This document shows, piece by piece, positions 49,463-62,093 of a stretch of DNA of 64,000 nt. Position 1 is the first letter of the stretch. Every line of letters starts with the position of its first letter. Origin of the DNA: Squalus acanthias (Eukaryota). Location of the stretch: the NCBI GenBank assembly GCA_030390025.1, contig CM059432.1, positions 113,276,001-113,340,000 on the forward strand. The letters are read 5' to 3'. The position numbers and the translations under genes were made by a program. The notes under the pieces are model-generated. The model saw only the letters and a program-made list of their open reading frames with translations, had not been told where the DNA came from and made no database searches.

Positions 49463-51106
49463 TGTAGAATTCGCAAATTATCGCGATTTCAAAATAATGA
49501 GAAAGAGACATACAGTTTCGTAAAAACAGCTTTATTTCAGCAAAATGCTGTCATGTTTCAAAACGGACACAAACAGCCTGTAAAATGGCCGCCGCGCCTC
49601 GTGGCAGAAGGTTCCAGATTTTTCAGTAGGCAGACAAGATGGCGTTTCAATAAACATTTCAGCAAGATCGGACAGTACTCAGCATATTGATATAAAACAA
49701 GACGCGATCGTTTTGCATTTTTAACACCTAAGCAAGAAATATAAGTGCTGGAATCGGTTTTCCATGCACAAACGAGAGCTATTGTACTGAGCAATCAAGG
49801 GCCCATCCAAAGACATTGATACGCAAATTCCCCACGGCTCTACGATGAGAGAGCCTTTCACGGGTACTCACAGCAAGAATTCGGAGGCCCCCAAAACCCC
49901 TCCAGGGAGACTCCTAGCCGGTTCCACAATGGGAGAAATATTAACGGGTACTTAGACAGTTACAAGTATCACCGAAACCCATTAACGACAAGAACCACCC
50001 CATACAAGAAGTTTGAGCGCCAAAACATGACAAAAGATGAACATTAAGATTGGGCGGGAGATAATGAATTACAGTACTATAACTGTAGTAAACAAACGTC
50101 CATCTTTCTCTTGACTCTCTTATCCTCTGGACTCCTGGCTCTTGACTCTTATTCTTCTTATTCCCTGACGACATTTTGACTTGTGCTCTTGCTGCCCACC
50201 GAGCTCTTGGTCCGCTGATCTTCCGGGAGTCAACCTCGTGGCTTGCTGCGAAGATCTGTGAAGAGCTGGGCTGCGAAGGCCGGTAAGCGGGTGCACCATC
50301 CCGAGGGTCGGTAAACGGTGTAGGGACCCGAAGGCCCGACGAAACGAAACAAGACAAGAAGAAGAAGAAGACGACTACACGTGCCACCGCGGTCAGTAAA
50401 CCCTGACCGCGCCCGAACTATAAAGACCATTTACAGGTTACCACACGAATTCTACCGCCAACCGGTGTCGGGCACAGGAAGACTCTTCTTTGAGTTTTAT
50501 CAGGAATCCGAGGTCAACACAGATCTTCATGGCAGCAGACGGTCCAGCCTGCTAGCCGGAGCAGAGCGAGTAAACAAGTGGGGTACAGAGACCCCTGATT
50601 AACACGTGAATAGTCAGGTGCTGTGGCGAAAACATCCGAGCACCGTTTTAGAATTCTCCGAGTTATCACGAGTGGTGAGCATTGTTCTCGATCCTACAGA
50701 TCTAGATTAGGACAGGTATTGATAGGGGAGGGTTTTGTTTTAAGGATAATTATAATGTGTGCCCCCTTTTACGATTTGTCGTGCGCTCCTCGTTTCCCTA
50801 AACCTAGTTTCATAAATGTATGTAAGCTTGTACTGTCATTAATCTGTGCTTATGACATGTATTTCGTAATCTTGAACAATATGCAATAAAGATTTTCCAT
50901 TTCATACTATTCAACCGGGTCTACCTGAGTTTTCTCTGCATTACTGCTCTCGCACCTAAGTCCAGTGTCAGAACCGTAAGGGCGAGTGGGTCGAACCACT
51001 CACAGGTGTCTAGTGCTACCAGGCTGGCTGGAGACCAGAACAGGCAACAAGGCCTAACCCCGCACTAGCACCCAGGCTAAGCACAGAGCCACCCGAACCC
51101 CTTACA
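49463..51106 (+). mobile_element. Solo LTR (1644 bp)
   Basis: TGTAG...CTTACA termini; 4-bp TSD ATGG; TATAAA at ~50419; AATAAA at ~50886; CpG-rich. Confidence 0.88.
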
Positions 51107-51684
51107 ATGGGGAGAGAGCGGGAATATGGTATTGAGATAGAGGATCAGCCATGATCATATTGAATGGTGGAGCAGGCTCGAAGGGCCGAATGGCCTACTC
51201 CTGCTCCTATTTTCTATGTTTCTATGCTTCTATGTTTCCTACCACCGACGTTAAGCTAACTGGTCTATAGTTCCTTGGACTTGTTCTATCTCCATTTTTA
51301 AATATAGGAATCACATTGGTGACATTCCTATAAGAGTATTCCCTTTTAGAATCCTTGGGCTAAAAATTAATTTGCCCCCGAAAACCCACATCCATTCAAA
51401 GTAATGCAAATAGTACAGAAACTTCATGCTGCCTGCTAATGGAATGATTGTGGCGTGCAGCCCAGTGCTGCATCTCTGCTCCAAGGAGAACAATCCCAGC
51501 TTCTCTCATCTCTCCACGTAATTGAAGTCCCTCATCCCTGGTACCATTCTGGTAAAACTCTTCTGCACCCTCTCTAAGGCCTTGACATCCTTCCTAAAGT
51601 GTGGTGCCCAGAATTGAACACGATACTCCAGGTGAGGCCTAACCAGCGTTTTATAAAGGTTTAGCATCTTTGCCTCTATTAATA

Positions 51685-51790
51685 AAAATGAGAAGTCGCA
51701 CAACACCAGGTTATAGTCCAACAGATTTATTTAAAACTACAAGCTTTCAGAGCTATCCTGCCCCTTCTTCAGGTAGAGTTACTGTGAGAG
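51685..51790 (-). mobile_element. Penelope-like pLTR fragment with hammerhead core
   Basis: Same family as 5804-5884; the minus strand reads CTGAAGA-AGGGGCAGGATAGCTCT-GAAA-GCTT. Confidence 0.65.
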
Positions 51791-52399
51791 AATATACCAG
51801 AATTCACAGAATATAAACACAGAGAAAATGCAGAGATTCAATCTTACCCTACATCAAAGACACACTAAGAGCACAGCCAAGACAATGGGATGTGTCCCAG
51901 GGGGTCCAACGTGTCAAAACACCTGCTGGCTGCATATCCTCTCCATTTGGGTTTGTTTCTTGTGTTTGTTTCTTGTGTTTGTTTTTATAAAAAGCTGGAA
52001 AGACAGGCGACAATGTCAAGTCACGTTCTGTAGCGTGACATGAACCCGACTCGACGGGTCGGTAAATACTGAGGCAAAGTAACTATTCAATATTTCTGCC
52101 ATTTCACTGTCATAACCTATGAGTTTATCTTATGCGTCCCTCTGTGGTCCTATCCCTATCCTGATTTTTCTTTGTTATTTATGTGTCTGTAGAATATTTT
52201 ACTGTTTCTTTTTATATTCCTCGATAATTTAATTTTGAAGTTCCTCTTTGCTTTCCCAATTTTGTTTTGACTCCTTTCCTTCCCTCTTCATATTCCCTTT
52301 TGGCATCCTCTCCTTTATTGTCTAAATACTTATTTGCCTTTTTCTTTAGTTTCAATTTTACCCTTATCTCGTGATTCATCCGTGGTGGTTTTTTTTAGC

Positions 52400-53333
52400 G
52401 TAGATGGCACACTTTAAAGAAGTTGGCAAAGTAGAAATACCCGCTGGTACCATGTGTCAGGTAGACAGCTCAAGACTGCACATCATAAAGTGCTGCCTGT
52501 CAATCCATTTCACATTTCCTGCTTGCCCATGTCATGCATAACCATACCTTCCCTAGTTCCATTATCATCCCTGAAAAATTAGCTTTTTTTCCAATCTATT
52601 ACTTTGATCTTTGTCTTACATGTCTTTCTCAATCATTATTTGAAACCTTATTATGTTGTGATCGAAAACATATTTTAAACACCCTCATGTGTTCGGATGG
52701 ACATTCCTTTCGAGAGTAAGGATAAAGAGGAGTAGCAGAGGAATAACCAGAGGAAGATCCCTCAACATCTGACATATTTTGTGGAGATGTGCTGTTACCC
52801 CAGTATGTAGGTCTATAGATCCTGCTCGACCAAAGTGGACATGTCAAAGGAGATCTGCCTTCAGCGCTTATGCTTCACAAGGGAGCTCTTTTTCCAAGTC
52901 GGATTGCGCCCTTATGTCTCCTCTTGTTGTACAAGCAGAAAAGTAGTCTTGAGATGCTGTAAACTAAAGGAGCACATGCAAAGTGACAGATATGCCAAAC
53001 CTGCAGGGCAACCTGGGTATCAGTAAATAATTATACCTCATGCAGCTAGATTGTATTACAATGACTTGAAGCATGATTTACTGGGAAAGATGTGAGTGTG
53101 GCAAGGCTTTCAATTGTATGCTGCATGTTGAAGGTGTGCCTGACTGAGGTATGGTTATGCATGAGATGCATAACCACAGAAGAACCAGACAGTGGGCTTG
53201 ACATGGGCAAGCAGGAAATGTGAAATGGATTGACAGGCAGCACTTTATGATGTGCAGTCTTGAGCTGTCTGCCTGACACATGGCACCAGCGGGTATTTCT
53301 ACTTTGCCAACTTCTTTAAAGTGTGCCATCTAC
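52400..53333. repeat. 135-bp near-perfect inverted duplication
   Basis: 52400-52534 is the reverse complement of 53199-53333 (2 mismatches seen). Confidence 0.9.
52720..52890 (+). pseudogene. Old Harbinger nuclease N-terminal remnant
   Basis: ..DMSKEICLQRLCFTRE aligns to LSEEQCIRRLHFSKD of the 11305-12443 nuclease. Confidence 0.55.
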
Positions 53334-54032
53334 TTCTGCGTCTGTTCCCACATCCTTCAGGTAGTGTGCACGGTGTTGAGCTTGGTGATCACCTTCTGAA
53401 AATCATGATGCACTGCCATTCACTGGAGTGCCTCACTCCCAGCTCATGCAGCGGCACCTCCACCTTACCATCTATAAAATAGAGGGGCAGTCGTTGCAAC
53501 ACTCCATTTGCCGACAGACTCAGGGACGATACCCCCACATCGGGGTTTCTTACACTTCATTTTTGCCTGGCACTTCTTTCTCTTCTCCCCGTTTAACTAA
53601 GAAGGACAAGAGCATCAATATCATGGGAACACCATCACCTCCAAGTTCCCTCCAAGTCATACACCATCCTGACTTGGAAATATATCCCTGATTCTCCATT
53701 GTTGTTATGTCAGTACCCTGAAATTTCCTAACTTACAACATCGCAGGAGCACCATAATCACAAGGACTGCAATGGTTAAAAAAAAAAGCCTCCACTTGGC
53801 TGGGACTGCAAAATCAGCCCTCTATTTCCTTTCCACATCAGTTGAAGTACTTTTTAGAAATGTTCCATTTTCTTTTGATTTACTTTTCTGGTGCTGTCCC
53901 TACTTCATCCTCCCGAAGGCTCTTCTCACAATCCCAAACTTTGTTCTCCTATATTCTTGCACATCTGTGCCTTATTTTTAAGCTTAGCCCTAATTATAAC
54001 ATCAAATACAACACACCAATGACTGGAGACCA

Positions 54033-54560
54033 TGGGGGAGAAATTCGGGAGTGCCCAATTTGGAAGGGCCATTGCTTAAAGGGAAGGGCCATCGCTGCAG
54101 GCTCTGCAATGGAAAGCAACTTACCTGGACCCTGACGGCAGCCGCGATCCGACCCGATCAGTCCAATGCACTGCAGCAGAGTGCCTGGCTGATCGAGCGC
54201 TGGGGGAAAAGCAAAAAAAACAGAGAACCAGCATTTCAGTATTTTTTTTCCTACCTCGGCCACCTCGCCTTTAATATCGCCCCCGCAGCGCCCGGCCTCC
54301 CGATGAACGCCTCCTGCAGCTGCCAGTGTTTTCGCCCGGCGATGCAGCAGGGGATGAAACCGAAGTTCGGTCTGGGGCGATGCGCACAGCGATGACATCA
54401 CGAATTCCGGGTGAAGGAGATCGGGGCACAACCCCATACCGCTGCCACAAACCTCCCGCCGAATTTAGCAGGAGGTGATATTCTCGCCGCGCCCGGGCAG
54501 TAATTGGTTAGCGGCCTGTTATCGTCCCTCGGAGGCACTAACCAGCCGAATTTCTAGCCC
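54033..54560. mobile_element. Harbinger MITE
   Basis: TIR GGGGGAGAAATTCGG / CCGAATTTCTAGCCC; TSD not conserved. Confidence 0.75.
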
Positions 54561-54900
54561 TTAAGTGCTCAGCCACTTCCAGGTTATTTATCAGTTCTGT
54601 AGTACTTTAGTACCAAATCTAGTATACCACATGCTATAGTGCTCTATTTCTCATGTCATGCCATTTATTACCTCTATGAAACTGTTTGTGTGTGCTCCCT
54701 TCCCTTTTCATTGTTTCAGATACCCAGGGTCATTACATTATGATTCACTGCACCTTCTCTTATTAGCCTAAGCAATTATATAGCCACTTGGTCAGATTGA
54801 ATAGCCACTGCCCCACTGTTAACGTTGAGGGTGTAAAGCACCTTCAACATGAGATTGTCTTTGGCACAGTCAGTCAGGGCTTGTTGCTGAAACTCACCAG

Positions 54901-54984
54901 TCCATGTGTACCAAGTTCCTGTCTGTGGTGCTGCTGGGTTATTCCATGTGTACCAAGTTCCTGTCTGTGGTGCTGCTGGGTTAT
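54901..54984. repeat. Perfect 42-bp tandem duplication
   Basis: TCCATGTGTACCAAGTTCCTGTCTGTGGTGCTGCTGGGTTAT x2. Confidence 0.9.
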
Positions 54985-54985
54985 T

Positions 54986-55145
54986 AACAGAAAGAAAAAC
55001 ACTCCAGATGCTGGAGATCTGAAGGTCAGGCAGCATCTGTGGAGAGATTAGAGGAGTTGACATTTCGGGTGTGGACCTTCTTTCAAATGGTCAACTCCTC
55101 TGTTATCTCTACACATGCTGCCTGACCTGCTGAGTGTTTCCTGCT
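54986..55145. mobile_element. Degenerate palindromic Penelope-like (MER6-like) insertion
   Basis: CAGGCAGCATCTGTGGAGA...TCTCTACACATGCTGCCTGACCTGCTGAG arms, as at 26011. Confidence 0.65.
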
Positions 55146-55169
55146 GAGCTAGTAGCTGTATGGAACATT

Positions 55170-55565
55170 GTGCGCAGCTTAGGAGCAGAGTTTGTGGCAG
55201 GGGCCAAAAATAATGGCTTATGTGTTCTCATCTTGAATTGGAGTTATGGCTTATTGAAGACTGGATGTCAGACAAGCAGTTTGACAGCACAGAGGTTGTC
55301 GAGTAATTGAGAGAAGTGAGGCAGAGTTGGGTATCATCAGGGTGCATGTCCCTGCGCCTATGGATGATCTCGCTGAAGGGCAGCATGTAGTTCAGAGGAA
55401 GGGGTCAAGTATAAATCCTAGGGGGACTCCAGAGGCTAAAGTGTAGGTGAGGGAAGGGAAGCCATTTCTGGAGATGCTCTAGCTGCATTTAAATAAGTAG
55501 CAATGGAACTAATCAAGGGCAGTATCACAGAGACAAACAATGGAGGATGTTGGTACGGTTAACCA
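55170..55565 (-). mobile_element. Old L2-like RT remnant
   Basis: Minus strand shows GVP.G..L.P and degenerate (Y/H)xDDTQL motifs. Confidence 0.5.
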
Positions 55566-55569
55566 TGTC

Positions 55570-56008
55570 AAAGAAAGACTTGCATTTATATAACGCCTTT
55601 CACGACCACCGGACGTCTCAAAGCACTTTACAGTCAATGAAGTACTTTTGGAGTGTAGTCACTGTTGTAATGTGGGAAACGCGGCAGCCAATCTGCACTC
55701 AGCAAGCTTCCTCAAACAGCAATGTGATAATGACCAGATAAACTGTTTTTGTTATGTTGATTGAGGGATAAATATTGGCCAGGACACTGGGGATAACTCC
55801 CCTGCTCTTCTTCGAAAATAACACCATGGGATCTTTTACGTCCACCAAGGAGAGCAGACAGGGCCTCGGTTTAACGTCTCATCTGAAAGACGGCACCTCC
55901 AACACTGGAGTGTCAGCCTAGATTTACGTGCTCAAGTCCCTGGGACTATGAACCCACCATCTTCTGACTTAGAGGCAAGTGTACTACCAACTGAGCCACA
56001 GCTGACAC
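55570..56008 (-). mobile_element. Full-length tRNA-derived DeuSINE
   Basis: Pol III A box TGGCTCAGTTGG and B-box-like GGTTCATAGTCC in the head; Deu core; tail ATAAATGCAAGTCTTTCTT. Confidence 0.85.
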
Positions 56009-56319
56009 AGGCTATAGGCAGGTCAAGGCGGATGAGGAGGGATAGTGTAATTCTTTGTCAATATGTGTAATTGAGTTGGATTCTGTTATGTTACAGGGGA
56101 AGTTTAGGAGAAATTACTGTCCTTACCCATTTTTTAAAGATTCTAGAAGTTGATTGTTGGTAACAGAGCTCAAGTTGTAGCACAGGCACTTGGGTCTGTT
56201 TATGCTTTGTGTGGTAGGTAATCTTTTTGATATCAGCCCCAAATTAGTCGGTGTTTTTGGCAAATTTCTGTCATAAGATTAGTGTACCGGCAAGTTTGGG
56301 TTCCGCCAAGACCACTCGG

Positions 56320-57500
56320 CTCCCAACCTCATTACAGCCTTGGTCCAAACATGGACAAAGGAGCTGAATTCCAGAGGTGAGGTGAGTGTGGCATCAAGGA
56401 GCCCGAGTAAAACTGAAGTCAATGGGAATCAGGGGGAAAACTCTCCACTGGCTGGAGTCATACCTAGTACAAAGGAAGATGGTTGTGGTGGTTGGAGGTC
56501 AATCATCACAGCCCCAGGACATCGCTGCAGGAGTTCCTCAGGGCAGTGTCCTAGGCCCAACCATCTTCAGCTGCTTCATCAATGACCTGCCCTCCAACAT
56601 AAGGTCAGAAATGGGGATGTTCGCTGATGACTACAGTGTTCAGTGCCATTCACAACTCCTCAGATAATGAAGCAGTCCATGCCCGCATGCAACAAGACCT
56701 GGACGACGTTTAGGCTTGGGCTGATAAGTGGCAGGTAACATTTGCTCCACACAGGTGCCAGGCAATGACAATCTCCAACAAGCGAGAGTCTAACCACCGC
56801 CCCTTGACATTCAACGGCATTACCATCACCGAATCCCCCACCATCAACATCCTGGGGGTCACCATTGACCAGAAACTTAACTGGACCAGCCACATAAATA
56901 CTGTGGCAGCAAGAGCAGGTCAGAGGCTAGATTTTCTGTGGCGAGTGTCTTACCTCCTGACTCCCCAAAGCCTTTCCACCATCTACAAGGCATAAGTCAG
57001 GAGTGTGATGAATACTCTCCACTTGCCTGGATGAGGGCAGCTCCAACAACACTCAAGAAGCTCGACAAAGCAGCCCGCTTGATTGGCACCGCCTTAAACA
57101 TTCACTCCCACTACCACCGGCGTACCATGGCTGCAGTGTGTACCATCTACAAGATGCACTGCAGCAACTCGCCAAGGCTTCTTCAACAGTACCTCCCAAA
57201 CCTGCGACCTCTTCCACATGGAAGGACAAGGGCAGCAGGCGCATGGGAACACCACCACCTCCAAGTTCCCCTCCAAGTCACACACCATCCTGACTTAGAA
57301 GTATATCGCCGATCCTTCATCGTCACTGGGCCAAAATCCTGGAACTCCCTCCCTAACAGCACTGTGGGATCACCTTCACCACACGGACTGCAGCGGTTCA
57401 AGAAGGCAGCTCACCACCACCTTCTCAAGGGTAATTAGGGATGGGTAATAAATGCTGGCCTTGCCAGCGATGCCCACATCCCATAAACGAATAAAAAAAA
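56320..57500 (+). mobile_element. Second LINE family, RT to 3' end
   Basis: GVPQGSVLGP..INDLP..FADD (56386-56640), LGVTIDQKLNW, C-terminus and AATAAA tail. Confidence 0.85.
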
Positions 57501-57879
57501 GAAAAATTCCATTCCATAATGTAGATCCTAACCTAATATGAGAGAAAGAAAGAAAAATGAGAGCTTTCATATGTGCAGCCGCTGATGAGTACTAATGGCA
57601 TTGGAGTCCTGAAATCCCTTGACTTGTGTTCCCATTGCACCAAGAGTAGTTTAGAATGAAATAAATGAGGCGTATCTCTTGCCAGCATTAGCCGAGGCTG
57701 CAGAAATGCTTGACATTGGAGCCTGCAGCTTGAAGAAACTTTCAAAAGAGATTGCTGGAGTTAAAGAAGAGCTTTTAAAGAGTTTTGTTTTTGCCTGGCA
57801 CCTGGATTGAGCTGGCCTAGCATCTGACAGCCGAGAGAATTTTTTGTCCCTACCCATAGTCAGAGGTTCTGAGTACCAG

Positions 57880-58860
57880 CTGTGGGATTCCTATGGGTAT
57901 TCCTTGTATGCAATTCTAATAGAGGAGAAGGAGGAGCCGTGCAAGATGGAGGAAAGGAGAGTGATGGAGCATTGGAGGATACAGTGCCCTACAAGATATT
58001 ATTATGCCCCCCACCCCCCCCAGACCAATTTACAAGCCATGCAGATCCTCTGAATACCGTAGTGAGAAGCTCTGTGTTGGAAGGGTGCGCTTCACCAAAG
58101 CTGCAATGGGAGAGCTGTGCCAGCGACTACATGAAGACCTGTGACCATGATCATTTGCCCAGACAGCTCTGCCTGTGACTGTGAAGGTGAAGACCGCACT
58201 CTACTTTTATGCCACAGGCTCATTTCAAGCAGCCACAGGGGGTTTGTGCACGACCACCTAGTGGGGGCATATATTCGGCAGGCATATATTCATCAGGTAA
58301 CTGACACATTTTTAGGAGAGTTGGGGAATTCATTCAGTTCAGCATGACAGCAAGGCAGCTGTGTGATAGGACCATTCACTTTTATCATGTTGCCGGGTTC
58401 TTCAAAGTGCAGGGTGCATTAGATGGCACAAATGTACCATGGTGATCTCCTATCATTAACTCCCTCAACATTCTTGACAGAAAGGGGTACCACTCGTTGA
58501 ATGTCCAGATTGTGTGTGCCCAGATGCAAAGAATCCTTCACGAATGCCACATTTGCTGGAAATTGCCATGATTCATTCATCCTCGGGAATTCTGCCCTCC
58601 CTGAGCTCTTCAAAGAAGATAGTTGTTTATGAGTGAAAAGGCATACCCCTTGCTGCCATGAATAATGACCCCTCTAAACATTGCAAGAACTCCAGATGAG
58701 GAGCACTACAACAAGGCACATGTCTCTATCAGAGTTGTCACCGTGAGGACCATCAGAGTCTTAAAGGGGCACGTTGGTTATCTTCATAGATCAGGAAGAG
58801 CGTTACAATATTCTCTGGATTGAGTATCCCACATAGCTATAACGTGGTGTCACCTCCAAA
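57880..58860 (+). pseudogene. Ancient Harbinger nuclease remnant
   Basis: AGFFKVQGALDGT (~58392), RKGYHSLNVQIVC (~58479), KAYPLLP*IMTP (~58638); many stops. Confidence 0.75.
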
Positions 58861-61800
58861 AAGGCTGGGGAGGTGGTTTAGCTGCTTTGTAGACAAAGCA
58901 GCACGGAGTAAAGCATCAGGAGGACTGTTGCTCAGAGCACTCTTCAGTGACAGCTGAAGGGGCATCAGAACTTAACTTACCAATGAAGTATTCTCATCTG
59001 TTTAATGCAGTACATTGCAAGCTCGGACTAGTGCAAACAAATTTATCAATCCAGAAATGTAGACCCCAGTGAGCCAAACTCCTTCTTACCTGCTGCTGTA
59101 ATCTTCAACCATTATTGGCTACACTCCTAATTTACATGCCCCCCACCCCCCCCAACACTCTACTGCTATGTTGCACTACTGAACCCGCCAATAGATATTT
59201 AAATGAGCTGACCCTGCAACTAATGGTAGGGTCAGTGCTGGATAGCATTGGCGGCCTGAAGTCTTGGCAAAGGGGTGCAGCACCGGCATAAATGGCCCCA
59301 TGGAATTTGGGGGCCTTAATATTTATGTGGCAGCCAGGCAATATAGGTGAGCAGTGGTATACAGGAGTGGTGTGTATGTAAGCTGTGGAGAAGGGTTCGT
59401 TTTATATCTGTGCAACGTGGAAGAGTTTTAAGTGTGTCTGTACGTCAAGTAGAAGAGAGTTAGCATTGTCTATACACAGTGCTGAGGTGGTATAGTGGTG
59501 TGTCTGCACATTGAGTAGAGGTGGGCTAATGATTTATGGGTTAGGGACTGAAATGCTCTATTTGCTGCATTCTGTTACTGTGATCCATCATGGGAATCAT
59601 CAGTGAGTGGGACTTTGCATTATCCAATGGATATTATGTATTTGGATCATGCTGTTATTGGTATTATTGTTCTCACGTTTCATATAAATAAACGAGGTAA
59701 ACAGCTAGTGAGGAAGAGTTTACCATTGATTACCCACTTTGAAATATTGCACAGACTATGATGCCATGTGGCTTTAAGGTTATGTCTTCCAATATCAGCT
59801 TCATTCTGACTGAAATGCATTGAATCAAAGGCAAAAACTTCAAATATTTTTCCACTTGTCATTCTTCTACTGGAACACTATTAATATGCCATAAATATTG
59901 AAACCTTTTCAAAAGTCCCAATAGATCATGCAATCTCACTTAACAAAGCCATAGATGAAAATAGATTAAAAAATGTTCTGCACTCATTGAATAGATCCCA
60001 AAAGTATTTATTTCATCTTTTCACGACTGTTGTGTTTATTATGCACCTGTATATAAGAAAAAACTGTTAAGTTTCTTTTTTTTTAATTGACCTTTGCAAT
60101 ATGTGAAGATATTTATTTGTTGGTGGATAAAATGTGTGTGATTTGTTTGTGGTATTCTGACTCTACGGTAAGTAGGGTAAAAATGGTTTCTCGTAAAATG
60201 CACATAAAATATAAAATGCAATTAATTATGAATGAAACCACTTAAAGCGAGGTCAGACAATTGAGCAGAATAACAAATGAACACAGTTTCAAGGTTCCCT
60301 GAGCTGCAGAGGAGTAATGCGTTCCAGCCTTTCTGTATCGTCAAGCCGTGAACTTCACTGAAGGTCAACATTTATGAACTTACAGTAAAAAAATCTCTCA
60401 AAACTGGAAATGAAAAAGAGAAAAGCAGATGTGACGAATAGAGACTGTCTCACTAATGTCAGTGAGTTACTGATGTTCTTTCATGAGTGGAACAGACCCA
60501 TAACTCACAAGCGACATATTTGTGAGCTAGCTGTAGTTTGCATGAGTGACGGAAATACCTGGAAACAGCCACCAGTGATGAGGTAGTCTGCTTTCTTCTG
60601 TGGGAGGGAAGAATTTGTGGGATCTTAACACAGCAGTACTAATTCTAAAATCTGACAACTCAGTAGTTTAAACAATACAGGGGCTGAATTTCAGCAGGGA
60701 TTGTCCCCGTAACATTGGTGGAAGAGCTGCGGGAGCCCCAGAAAAAAAGTGCCTCTTTCCTGGGGTTTCCTCCTGCAGAAGTTCACCCCCTACATCTATG
60801 AATTGCTGAGTATATTAAGAGTTCAGGTAGTCTCAACCAGTTCCTAGTGGACATGAGCCCACAGCACAAAACACTCTCTAACCGTGTATTAATTAGCACT
60901 GTCACCCAAAGAGGCAATGAGATGGCTAGTGTGAGGAATGGAAATATCATATTCATGCACAGCAGCCCTTTCCTGGGGTTGGGGCAAGGCGGAGTAGAAG
61001 GATCGTTGATCTGTATCTGACTGTGTCACATCTCATCTGTGAGTGCTTGATTCTGACATCAGATGCCTGAAATTTGGCAATGTTCTATTTCCCAGAGCTA
61101 ATGTCCCTCTCCTTGGTGACCACAAAAAACTGATTGGTCAGTCATGTCATGTGCTAAAATTGCTATGGTAACACCTTTGTCATTTGCCTATGATTCTATG
61201 TCAGTGGACTATTTTTAATATTTCTGTTTGACTGAAACTAATTTTATGTAATAAAATGTGTTAACTTGAACACGAGCATAGTCCTTTTATTTTCTTCACT
61301 TGTGTTAGTCATTTCAGTGAAAATATCGACGGTAAAATAAATTCAGAAAATTCACAAAATAGCAGTATTTTAGTAATAGTTCTGCTAGTTATTGGTTCAC
61401 TGGAGTGTTAAAGGGACAGTCTCGCTACATTAGGGTGTTCTCAACCAAGCTCAGTTCTACTGCATCTGTTGCAGCGTAAGCTCTTCAATGCAGTTTTCAT
61501 ATTTCAATTTTTATTGAAAATTAGATTAAACACAATGACATTGGTAGCATTGAACACGCTCAACAATAAAGTTACATTATCATATTGCTAATAATGTAAT
61601 TGTGCCCTTTTCTCCCATGTTTAATTTATAAAGGGGGAAATATTGGGTATCACCCATTTTGGGATGCTAATATCAGCCGGGCGCAAAGTTTAGCACTCAG
61701 CGCTAATTATCGCCGCCGACCGCAAAATTTGTCTCTATCGCCCCCCGGAGGTGATTGGAACACCTCTCTTAGGGCACTAACGTCGGGGAGCGAGATGGTA

Positions 61801-61959
61801 CCTCAGAACGCTACCGAAGCTCAGGCGATGTCAATTATCCTGGAACTCAGACAGACTGGCGCCGTCCAGTTCTTAAAGGGGAGGGTCCATCTTGCTGCAC
61901 AGCCACACCCTGCTCACTGCAGCATTTGACATGGGCCTGCAAACACCTACTCATTGATA

Positions 61960-62092
61960 CGATAGCAAAATACTGCGGATGCTGGAAATCTGAAATAACA
62001 ACAGAAAACGCTGGAAAAACTCAGCAGGCCAGGCAGCATCCGTGGAGAGAGAAAGAGAGTTAACGTTTCAGGTCGATGACCTTTCGTCAGAA
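61960..62092 (-). mobile_element. Single-arm Penelope-like mini-insertion
   Basis: 13-bp TSD CTACTCATTGATA (61947-61959 / 62093-62105); same family as 26011. Confidence 0.82.
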
Positions 62093-62093
62093 C
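62059..62093 (-). ncRNA. Minimal hammerhead ribozyme motif
   Basis: Minus strand GTT-CTGACGA-A-AGGTC(ATC)GACCT-GAAA-CGTT-AAC, with perfect stems. Confidence 0.78.

Larger units (their letters stand above)
48803..51236 (+). mobile_element. Internally deleted CR1-like element (putative 5' UTR joined to the 3' end)
   Basis: GC-rich leader with a tandem repeat joins at ~49347 to VVNLWNSLP.. and the (TTCTATGT)n tail; split by LTR 49463-51106. Confidence 0.55.

Noticed and set aside
49941..50387. 148-aa antisense ORF with a signal-peptide-like start inside the LTR
   Set aside because: Non-ATG start; the hydrophobic stretch is just the complement of a GAA repeat; no recognisable domain.
55930..56008. 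tRNA gene
   Set aside because: It is the tRNA-derived head of a SINE, continuous with the Deu core and tail; no convincing cloverleaf.
60680..60790. Small Harbinger-like MITE
   Set aside because: TIR-like ends are present but short and the TSD is inconsistent; support is insufficient.
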